This document shows positions 24,203 through 33,539 of a stretch of 33,539 nucleotides of DNA, in pieces. This DNA comes from Nemertoderma westbladi (taxonomy: Eukaryota > Animalia > Xenacoelomorpha). The stretch spans positions 1 through 33,539 of the forward strand of contig JAUCBJ010001469.1 in the NCBI GenBank assembly GCA_032718475.1, read 5' to 3'. The notes below the pieces were generated by a model that saw nothing but the letters and a program-made list of their open reading frames with translations, did no database searches and was not told the origin of the DNA. Each line of letters begins with the position of its first letter. Position 1 is the stretch's first letter. The position numbers and the translations under genes are program-made.

Positions 24203-24278
24203 AGTGGTTCAGTGGCTAGTAACGATACGTTAGACAGTTGTACGATAGGTCCGGAGTTCAAATCCTAGTGGGTGCAAG
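24203..24278 (+). mobile_element. tRNA-derived SINE-like head (Pol III A and B boxes)
   Basis: TGGTTCAGTGG (24205-24215) and GTTCAAATCC (24256-24265) at tRNA-like spacing; no convincing cloverleaf. Confidence 0.45.
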
Positions 24279-24339
24279 ATAGTTTTTGTGATAAATTAAC
24301 TACATTTAAATTAACCCCTGTAATATATTGTATCTGTAG

Positions 24340-25783
24340 GGTTATATTGAAAAATATCGAGACATGACAAATATCGAGAGTAAAAATAACGCGAGTAAAA
24401 ACATCGAGTGTTGAAAAATATCGAGACATGACAAATATCGAGAGTAAAAATAACGCGAGTAAAAACATCGAGTGTTGAAAAATAACGATAATATCGAGAG
24501 TTCAAAAAATATCGAGAGTAAAAATATCGAGGGTAAAAATATCGAGAGTAAAAATATCAAGTGTTGAAAAATATCGAGAGTAAAAATATCGAGTGTTGAA
24601 AAATATCGAGAGTAAAAATATCGAGTGTTGAAAAATATCGAGAGTAAAAATATCGAGTGTTGAAAAATATCGAGAGTAAAAATATCGAGTGTTGAAAAAT
24701 ATCGAGAGTAAAAATATCGAGTGTTGAAAAATATCGAGTGTTGAAAAATATCGAGTGTTGAAAAATATCGAGAGTAAAAATATCGAGTGTTGAAAAATAT
24801 CGAGTGTTGAAAAATATCGAGAGTAAAAATATCGATAGTAACAATTTTTTTAAATAAGGGTTGTATGATAATTTTTTTTCCTAAAAATGTTCTAGAACAA
24901 CAATATTTATCAACATTTGGTAGCTTATACGTGTTCTAATATAATATTTAACAATATTTATAATATTTATCAAAATTTATAGCTGGCACTTCTTTTATAA
25001 TATTTATTAAAAAAATAGCAAAAACTAGCTAGTATAATAAATCTGGTAAATGGGCACCCAAGGTGTATTACATAATGCCATTTACTTGCACTTGCACTGT
25101 TGTAACCCATGCACTGCAATATTCTAAATATTCTAAATATATAATTATATAATAATAAATTAATAATAAATAATAAATATAAATAATAATAAAAATAATA
25201 ATTCTAAATAAAATGCTCAAGCAAAATGCAATATTTTTACTCTCGATATTTTTCAACACTCGATATTTTTACTCTCGATATTTTTCAACACTCGATATTT
25301 TTACTCTCGATATTTTTCAACACTCGATATTTTTACTCTCGATATTTTTCAACACTCGATATTTTTACTCTCGATATTTTTCAACACTCGATATTTTTAC
25401 TCTCGATATTTTTCAACACTCGATATTTTTACTCTCGATATTTTTCAACACTCGATATTTTTACTCTCGATATTTTTCAACACTCGATATTTTTACTCTC
25501 GATATTTTTCAACACTCGATATTTTTACTCTCGATATTTTTCAACACTCGATATTTTTACTCTCGATATTTTTCAACACACGATATTTTTCAACACTCGT
25601 TATTTTCGATATTTTTCATCTCGCGTTATTTTTACTCTCGATATTTTTTAATCACGTTAATTTTCAACACTCATTATTTTTACTCTCGATATTTTTACTC
25701 TCGTTATTTTTACTCTCGATATTTTTACTCTCGTTATTTTTACTCTCGATATTTTTCAAGTCTAGATATTTTTCACCATTACC
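24340..25783. mobile_element. Foldback-type non-autonomous DNA transposon with long modular TIRs and an 8-bp TSD
   Basis: Left arm (~24340-24843) is built of AAAAATATCGAGAGT / AAAAATATCGAGTGTTG units; right arm (~25228-25783) is the reverse complement. Ends GGTTATATTGAAAAATATCGAGAC vs GGTAATGGTGAAAAATATCTAGAC (rc). ATCTGTAG is duplicated at 24332-24339 and 25784-25791. Confidence 0.85.
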
Positions 25784-26863
25784 ATCTGTAGTATATTAGC
25801 TAGACCAATCTCATCGTAGTGATATAGTGTTAGCCAATGCCGTACTCGTTTGTAAATTGCTGGACCAATGGTGTTTTTAAGAATGTATTAGAACGAATAG
25901 AATTATGGTGAACGTTTAGAATTCGATAGCATCCCTGATTTCCTATAAAAGGATGCGTTTTGTCATTATTTGTTAGTCTAGTAAAAGTCTTATAAGTCAT
26001 AACTCTAGTAAAACCGTATTAACTTGTTAAAAAACTAAACTTATCTTATTCATTTGCAAACTTAACTTCTTATGTATTCGTTTAAATTGTTATATTATCT
26101 TTGTAAATAATATACCTTTCGTTTGTTTTATAAAACTCTTTGAACTGTTTTCACTATGATTTGCCCAAGTGAATAATGTTTTGAGAAAGACGCAGATGAC
26201 GGGCTATAGTCCGGACAACAGCGATAAAGGGGAACATCGGCAAAATGTAAAAGAGGAGACCACCCACAGCTTTCAGATTATCATACTCATAGACCGCCGT
26301 CCCCGCCTAAAAGGTAAGATCGCGTTTCAACACTTTGCTACTCAAGAAATAAGACCTCTGATTAAGGTAGAAATAGTGTTGTACTGGACGCGATAAAGTT
26401 GTAGGGACAATATTTTCTGGTTCAGGCTGAAACCCCGCGGTTACCCTCATACTCCTACAGGTACGCCATCGGCCATTGGTTCATTTTGGTGGTAATTCGG
26501 TGTCCATTCATTGTACCACAGTGTCTGTAGGCTAGTAGGGGAGGGGATCAGCTGGTTTCTGCCTGAATTGGAGATATATTGCCCAGGCGGAGGGCAGTTA
26601 CTGCTATTTGGCGTATAACAACATAGGGCTGCAGGCAAGGCGTTCTTAACTAAAGGCCATGCAACCGTGCAGCACTGAAGGCTGACTGGAGGCTGACCAC
26701 ATTAACTGAATTTTACATCTTGGAGTCCCTCTTTCATCAATTTAAACCAATGCAGCTGGTTCGTAACAATGGAATATCCATTAAAACGTTAAATTGAAAT
26801 GTGAAATATGGAAAAAATATCGAATATTAACAATTTTATAAATGGAAGATAATATCGGTTATA

Positions 26864-27276
26864 TCTATATATAAATAAAGAAAAGAGTATGTCTGTCTGT
26901 TCACGTTTTTCTCCAGAACTACTGACCCCAGAGGGCTGAAATTTTGTCCACAGGGGTATCATGACCCGGCGGGTAACATAGGCTATGTGGCTTTGGGGTA
27001 GGGGGTGTGGCACTGTCTGTCACTATGGCAACCGTTGCTATGGGCCATTATTTCGGGTACCAATGATCGTACAGACCTAGGATCAAAACCTACCCCTACT
27101 ATATCGACCCTGAGAAATTACATGGAATGACTTTAAAGACCCTGTTACCATGGCATCCGTTGTCATGGGACGTTATTTCGGGGACTAAAGGGAATTTAAA
27201 CTGCGAGCGCGAAGCGCGAGTCTGCCCATCGCGCCGAGCGCGATGGGATGCCGGCGAAGCCGGCCATCCCAGCTAG
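26864..27276 (+). mobile_element. Small non-autonomous Helitron (413 bp) nested in the P-element
   Basis: A|TCTATATATAAAT start, GTCTGTCTG, GC-rich 3' hairpins, CTAG|T end (A^T target, no TSD). Confidence 0.85.
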
Positions 27277-27472
27277 TATTATATAACCGAACGTAGCACA
27301 TGCAAATACATTAAACGATAATTACTAACACGGACCGTATTTTATACAGCTATCCACATTATTTATCACATATATTTATTTATAAATTAAGAGTACAGTA
27401 GCACAAATGTGATTTAAGTACCGTAGCACAATTATGCGATTTAAGTTAAGTATATAGCACAAATGGAGTTTT

Positions 27473-27826
27473 CTAGCGAGATTCTGATAATTTTATTTTC
27501 TTTTGTGCATTCTCCTTTGTAGATTGTGGAGTTTTTAATATACAATCATTATTTACAAAAATATTAATCAATTTGCGAGTAGATGCGCGAGTTATTTCCA
27601 GACAATAGACAGATGACAAATAACAAAAAACGGTTTCTAGAGATTTTCGGCAAAATTCTGATTTTAAATTAATAAACAACATATAACAATAAAATGTGAA
27701 TATACAAGTCTTGTCATCTGGTTTCCTTAATCCACCGCGGTCAAGTCTGTTTAAATATGAGCCATATTTTAAGTAGTATTGTCTATTGTCAGCTGGTATG
27801 TCCTCATGAGTTGCACTTATATACTC
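27473..27826 (-). pseudogene. C-terminal remnant of the P-type transposase
   Basis: Open frame EYISATHED...YLNRLDRGGLRKPDDKTC...KKIKLSESR*; RGGLxxP is typical of P/THAP9-like transposase C-termini. Out of frame with the THAP ORF. Confidence 0.7.
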
Positions 27827-27834
27827 TTATATAC

Positions 27835-28527
27835 TTATATAGTGATAATGTGGTCTAATATCACGCTGTTTCTGTGACTTATTTGCAGCTGATTCAAAAA
27901 ACGAACGGCTTCCTCAAGGCGTGACCATTTATTCAGTGCCGTTATGCGCAGCTGACTAAGAGTCGAGATAGAGCATGCAATCCCACAATGAAATGCTTGG
28001 AAAGAAAAAGAATCGTTCAGTTTAATCAAAAATCGAGGAATTCCTTCAATGTAATCAACAGATAGGATATTAACAGTCTCATCGGAACGATAAACATTCA
28101 CTCCATTCGGTAGTTTAGAAAGTTCTTGACATATTGTTGAGATAGAGTCGATATCGTCACTTTTAGTAAATGCATCTAACTGATCTGGTTCCAATGATCT
28201 AACTTCCAGGGATGATCTTTTAGTAGTTCGAGGAGCGGCTACTGGAGTTGGAACTTGGCTTTTGGGGATCATTGGAAACACAGACGGTGGATTTATCGGC
28301 CGATGCTTTCCCCTAATAGTAATAGTCGGAAAATCAGAAGGCCAGTGTTTGCTACAAACAACGGTGTTTTTAGTTTCAGGAATGTTGTCTCGTGAAATGG
28401 CCTGAATCCAGCGTCGCCGTTCTTCATCATCCGCTGGTAAACGATAAACAGCAACGCGTTCTTTTGTTGTTGTTGAGTGCTCGTCGTAGTTGGACCGGCA
28501 ACCAAATACGCAACATTTCAGTGGCAT
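27835..28527 (-). CDS. THAP-domain protein (truncated P-element transposase N-terminus, ~230 aa)
   Basis: MPLKCCVFGC...LP...RRRW...VVCSKHW...PPSVFP matches the C2CH THAP signature; the ORF ends at the deletion junction. Confidence 0.8.
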   Translation of the reverse strand: MPLKCCVFGCRSNYDEHSTTTKERVAVYRLPADDEERRRWIQAISRDNIPETKNTVVCSKHWPSDFPTITIRGKHRPINPPSVFPMIPKSQVPTPVAAPRTTKRSSLEVRSLEPDQLDAFTKSDDIDSISTICQELSKLPNGVNVYRSDETVNILSVDYIEGIPRFLIKLNDSFSFQAFHCGIACSISTLSQLRITALNKWSRLEEAVRFLNQLQISHRNSVILDHIITI

Positions 28528-30453
28528 TATCAATTAAACATTGAGCAGGGCACGGATAATTGTACGGAGAAACGAGTAGGCCTAGTTTACAGAATAATGA
28601 GCTTTCTTCAGTTCCCAGTTGTTAGAATAGGCCTACCTGAAAAAAAGGGCCTAGCCTTTTAATACTGTAATATGTACCTAATTTATTGTTATCGTATCTT
28701 TTAAACCATACAAATGTGTTAATAATGATTTACCAGTCTGTCTGACGGTACAGCTGTACAGTCAGTGTAACATTAAATTACAGTTACCGGTAGACAGAAC
28801 AGCAGTAGCAGTACTCCAGTACTACATACTATGCTATTCTACTGTATTAAACTGTGAATAGCGTCAGCCTCCAGTCAGCCTTCAGTGCTGCACGGTTGCA
28901 TGGCCTTTAGTTAAGAACGCCTTGGCTGCAGGGGATACTAACACCTACCGTGTCCACGCCAAAGTACTGATAGGTGAAGTTGTCGTACTTCGGCAACCAA
29001 AATTCTAGATAAGCAATTTAGCAACCAGGCTAGCTATCAGTACAGTAGGCCTACAGTAGCAGATAACAATATTCTTCTTCTTAGTATTAGGGCCTGGTAT
29101 AACGGTGCCGAATTCAGGTGTAGCACTAACATTTTACATGCCCGATTGAGTCCCGAAAATATAAAAGGAGAGGAGCCCTACTATTGTGAGTATTTAGACC
29201 TACCTACTGACGGTGACTGAATTTATTCAGCACATATTTATATTTGTAAAATGTACACCAATCCTAGTAAAATAGTATAAAATTTAGGTTCAGTTTGATT
29301 ATCTTACCGTTTTTGATCACGCAAACACACAAATTTCTAGAAATTATTCGTACCTCACAAAACACATTATTTGTTCTAAAACCGTGAATTTGTACGCTAG
29401 TGGGCTATTTAGCTAGCCATCCCACCCCATATAAATCACACCGCGGCAAGTATACGAGCACACATAGTCTGTCAGCACCATTTAGTTAGGATTCGCTGCG
29501 CTGGATTTGTTTTGACTAGTTTTGTCCGTTCGTACACTGTTTTTCTGCCTCACCGGTTAGAGAGAAAGTTGACTTTATATTAGTTAGGTTGGATTGGATT
29601 TATTTCCTATCAATAGTAGTAGGGTTTACTGTTCTTACCAACGCAACGGTAGTAGTACGTTGGACTTGCTATGCTCTCGCTATCATAAGCCTCAATTGGT
29701 AGGATGTTCAGTGATTTATATATGGGATTTGAATGAGCTTGGAAATGGCTGAATGATATGGCCCGTAATATTTTATTTATTTTTATTCTGATTGGGTTTC
29801 TATATTTTTTGCAACAATTCCCCCATAGGACTATTCATAGACAAACCTAATAGGCATACTGTAGGTTTAAATAAATCAGCAGTATACAATAGTCCTTCCA
29901 AATTCAGAGAAACAAGTTATACACTTGATTGGACACCACATTTTTTCATTCATAACGATTTGCAATAATCAAAAAATAATTTTCATTGAGGTGAATGAAA
30001 TAAATACCGATGGAATCCGCCAATATAAAGGCACGTAGACCCTAGTTGAAAGGATGTCAGAGTATTGGTATACTGTATGTTAGCGGTAGAGTACTTTGTC
30101 GCTTTTCCCCTAACCAGCCACAGCAATTTTCCGATCATGACCAAACGCAATCATTTTGGCTATGGGAGAGTGCAAGTGGTGCGCTTCTTTTTAAGGAACA
30201 GCCAATTAGAAGCCCAGAAATACTTTAATTTCCTTAACGACCTGAAGCGATGAACGCAATTGGAAATTATGGCACTGTTAGTTGTTTCCTTATGCCGTCG
30301 ATAATAGGTTGGCTAATTCACCGGTCGACTAATAGGTCGGGATGTGGCCTACAACGACAACGTGTCTTTCCAGAGTTTATGATAATGCATCAATATAATT
30401 ATTAGGGCTTTCGAAATGTATTTGTTAAGCTTTGAAAATAGGCGAATTATAAT

Positions 30454-30678
30454 GGGTCAGAGTAAAACGCGGATCCCGATCCGGATTCTACATTTAACAT
30501 TGTCCTACGGAAGTCGATTTTTTTTTACATTTTTATAACTCCCAAAAATAAAACTATAACCTGCTCTATTGACTTTAGTTTATTGTTTTGGTTAAAATAA
30601 CGAACCACTGTAACCTGCTCCTTTCCCTTAATTGATAATTTTGGAATCCCGATCCGGATCCGCGTTTTACACCTACCC
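30454..30678. mobile_element. MITE (Mutator-like), 225 bp
   Basis: Imperfect ~35-bp TIRs GGGTCAGAGTAAAACGCGGATCCCGATCCGGATTC / GAATCCCGATCCGGATCCGCGTTTTACACCTACCC; flanks AATTATAAT / AACTATAAT (9-bp TSD, one mismatch). Confidence 0.65.
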
Positions 30679-32518
30679 AACTATAATTACATACTACACG
30701 AGCACTCCATATAGTCAACAGGCTATACGCGTAACATGGGGTGATAAAAAGTTTTGTTCCTTGTTTTCTGTAAAGGTACAAAGTACTGTAAAGTAAAGCT
30801 TTTTTCGGCCTTTGGTTACTTTAGGCCAGGGATTACGCACAAAGTCTGACGACTTATTTCCAGTGCGGTCCCCCAAAACTATACTCCCAAGAGAAAACTT
30901 CAGTTTAGCTACAATTAATTTAGTCATTTAGCTACAATTTTTAAGGATGAAAGGTAGAAATGCGCCATGTACCCAACACCCAGATAAATACTCCTTATTG
31001 GAATGACACAATGAAAGAAAAAAATACTGTAAACCTAGTATAATTTCCGGGTGGAAAACGCACTGATCATGGCTCCACGGCATTCAGTTCCGGTGAATTC
31101 GTACAGACTCCCACCATTCGGAACTTTATAACAATACAGCACTTCTGGTTAACAGGGATATAATTATAGATATTTTGCTACACTATGTCAACTTATCCGC
31201 GTTCTGATGATACCCACGTATCGCTCCCTCCCTCTGTGCAGAATGCTCTGAGAAATGCAATGTACAAACAAACACATGTGGATCTGCGACCTGGAAGACA
31301 TACCAGTGATGGTTTGGTATCAACTACAGTATTCCTCCAAGCATCTATGCGAAACAATGCCATCGGCTTAACAGCTCGTTTCTCATGAAAAAACCGGAAA
31401 TATTCAGTTTATAATTAAAAAACAATGTGTTCAATACGGCAGTTGTGTCAGCAATAACATAAGGTTGCGAACATACGCGTACGGGACGGGGGGGGGGGGG
31501 GAATTGACGCCCCAGCAAATTTCTAGTGGGTGAAATTACAGGCATAAATAGGGGCGAAATTTTCAGTATTAAAGCGTATTTCTACATTATTATACTGTAT
31601 TGCTACAGATGTGTAACTAATTTTTGTATATACCGATCGGTAATCTTAAAGCATTAGTTTTATCAAAGTATTATTGTTCAAGGTCGATTTAAATGTTCAA
31701 AATCTCAACATTGTTTAAAACATTTCCGCTCTCTACGCCCGTATTTTCTTCCTTGTTATGCGCATTCACTTATACAAAATAAATGTAAAGTATAAATAAA
31801 TGTATATAAAATCAATATTCATTCAAGGAACTATCCACAAATTCCTCTCCAATTATAATACTGTACCTACCTACTACAGTATACCCCTATAACAAACTCC
31901 TATAATTATCTACTTACATACGTAGTTCTACTACCATACCTTTGCATTTTCCACTTTTTTCACCCTTACGGTTTGTCCTACTCCTTGACCAAAACTTACA
32001 TACACATACACTACTGTTCAATTATCACGAGTAACAGAACAGTAACTAACAACAATACAATATAGGCTTACAGTCAAGGACAACTCAAAATGACCCCCAA
32101 AATGAAGTTTCCTGTTTGGGAAAATTCTCAGAATTTCAAATGTCTGCTAATGGTTGTCTATGAGGAATGCGCACCAGGAAGGTTGGTTTTATCCCGGGAA
32201 AGGAAAACCCAGGAAACTTCGGTAAACAATCCAAGCCACAAAACGTTTCCCAATAGTAAACCGAGGTAAACAAAGAAACAAACTAATAATATTTATCGAT
32301 TTTGTAGCAACGCAAACGCATATTCCTTACTTAATTTGTTTGGTACATATAGTAGGTGGAACTGAAACAATTGTAATTCATATATCCCTCGGGAACCAAT
32401 TCAGTACAGCAAATTCAACACTTAAAAAAGAAACAACTTTTATAATAATAAATTGTATCAACTAATGTTTACGCTGCAAAGAGTTTGTACTTCAATATAT
32501 TGCAGTTTATTTTATCAA

Positions 32519-33539
32519 CTAATTAAAGTCGATTCCTTCGTCTCTTAACTTCCGTATTAACTCCCGCCTCCGCAGTTCCAACTCCGATTCACTCACGTCG
32601 TCGTTATCCGATGATTCCCCCCATCCAGCCTTCCCCTCCCCCCTCCTTTTCCCCCTACCCTTCCCCCCGTCCACACTATCCCCCCCGCCTCCATGCGCAC
32701 CCACTCCTCTCGATTTCGGCGACATATCCAACTCGCCTTCCTCCGGAGGAGTCGCTCTTCTCTTCTTCTTCCCTCTCCTCCCTCCCCGCCTCGGCGATTC
32801 CTCCTCTCGCCTCTCGTCGGAATGCCTCCTCCCTGAGGAACGCTCACGCTTCCCTTCCCCAGACCTCCTCCTCTTCCGTTTACTCCTCTTCCCACCCCCA
32901 GCTTCCTCAGTATCGCTCCTCCGTCTGGCATCCTCCTTAGACACCAAATACTCAACGAAATCTCGAAACAATCGAACTCTCATCTCCTCGTCGATAGCGA
33001 TAAAATCGGGATCCTTAGCGACACGGAGTTTAACGGAATCCCAACGATCTCCTAACTCTATCGGCGGATCCAACTCCTTCAACATCGCCTTAAAGTTGCT
33101 CTCCCTCTTCTTACTCTTCCTTGACTCCTCGTGCCTCCTCTCAGCCTCCCTGGCCTCCGCTTTCTCGAGTAACGAAGTAAACGCCATCTTTACGTTCCCT
33201 GCGTCCAACGGCAACGAGCGATCGTCCCCGTCCACAACCCGTATGAACGCTTCGTACGACGTATCAACCTCCACCGCGAACCCGGCTTGTTTCAGGATAT
33301 CCCGAATGACTCGTTTCTCGTCGTGGAATCTGGCTTTCAGGTCTTCCACGTAGAACTTAAACAGGTCGAGCGGTGTGGAACCCTGTTGGCCCAACATGTT
33401 ATGGAAGCGAATGTCGTGGTCTATGTCCGCATACAACTCCATCCACAGACTCATGGAGGTCAGCTTCCGAGCTTCGTGCAGCTCGTCCAGCATCTTTATA
33501 AAGGCCTCGCGGTTCTTTCGTTCCGTCCGCATGCGTCCC
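32519..33539 (-). CDS. PRPF40A: Pre-mRNA-processing factor 40 homolog (FF domains and charged C-tail), 3' part; the 5' part lies beyond the window
   Basis: RKNREAF...[11 protein letters not shown]...[32 protein letters not shown]...[21 protein letters not shown] and the terminal [13 protein letters not shown] match PRP40/PRPF40; minus-strand AATAAA at 32506-32511. The A/B paralog distinction is vertebrate-specific. Confidence 0.93.
   Translation of the reverse strand, partial: GRMRTERKNREAFIKMLDELHEARKLTSMSLWMELYADIDHDIRFHNMLGQQGSTPLDLFKFYVEDLKARFHDEKRVIRDILKQAGFAVEVDTSYEAFIRVVDGDDRSLPLDAGNVKMAFTSLLEKAEAREAERRHEESRKSKKRESNFKAMLKELDPPIELGDRWDSVKLRVAKDPDFIAIDEEMRVRLFRDFVEYLVSKEDARRRSDTEEAGGGKRSKRKRRRSGEGKRERSSGRRHSDERREEESPRRGGRRGKKKRRATPPEEGELDMSPKSRGVGAHGGGGDSVDGGKGRGKRRGEGKAGWGESSDNDDVSESELELRRRELIRKLRDEGIDFN

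Larger units (their letters stand above)
26636..28924 (-). mobile_element. Internally deleted P-element-superfamily DNA transposon
   Basis: Perfect 62-bp TIRs CAAGGCGTTCTTAAC... (26636-26697 and 28863-28924), 8-bp TSD GCTGCAGG (26628-26635 and 28925-28932), THAP ORF and a C-terminal LDRGGLRKP remnant. Confidence 0.92.

Noticed and set aside
24203-24278. Functional tRNA gene
   Set aside because: A and B boxes are present but no acceptor or anticodon stems can be formed; treated as a SINE-like head.
24265-25791. ORFs of 64-192 aa rich in SIFF/TLDIF
   Set aside because: Translations of the 15/17-bp foldback arm units.
25800-26335. Possible solo LTR or promoter (CCAAT boxes, CCTATAAAAGG near 25942)
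   Set aside because: No TG...CA boundaries with a matching TSD, second LTR or PBS could be found.
32593-33353. Alternative-frame and antisense ORFs over PRPF40, and antisense ORFs within the P450
   Set aside because: Shadow ORFs of real coding sequence.

Overview
AT-rich, repeat-dominated eukaryotic (probably invertebrate animal) DNA; no prokaryotic operon, rRNA, true tRNA or CRISPR is evident. 3201-14819 is a ~11.6-kb head-to-tail stack of seven non-autonomous Helitron-like elements from three subfamilies (5' TC-(TA)n-(GTCT)n, 3' cGAAg hairpin plus CTAG). The five complete units carry internal 146/147-bp tandem arrays whose monomers each contain a CTCF-consensus-like CCGCTAG(A/G)GGGCG. 16.1-20.6 kb holds decayed retroelements (LINE APE endonuclease, CRE-like RT, BEL/Pao gag). 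21711-23111 is an intact, intronless, atypical cytochrome P450, preceded by a perfect 53-bp palindrome and a 60-bp duplicate of its own start. Further on are a foldback DNA transposon with an 8-bp TSD (24340-25783), a young internally deleted P-element (62-bp perfect TIRs, 8-bp TSD) that keeps an open THAP ORF and hosts a nested Helitron, a Mutator-like MITE, and the 3' part of a PRP40/PRPF40 gene running off the window end. TA-flanked short motifs resembling Tc1/mariner excision footprints are frequent. All calls are by eye; family assignments from memory need database confirmation.
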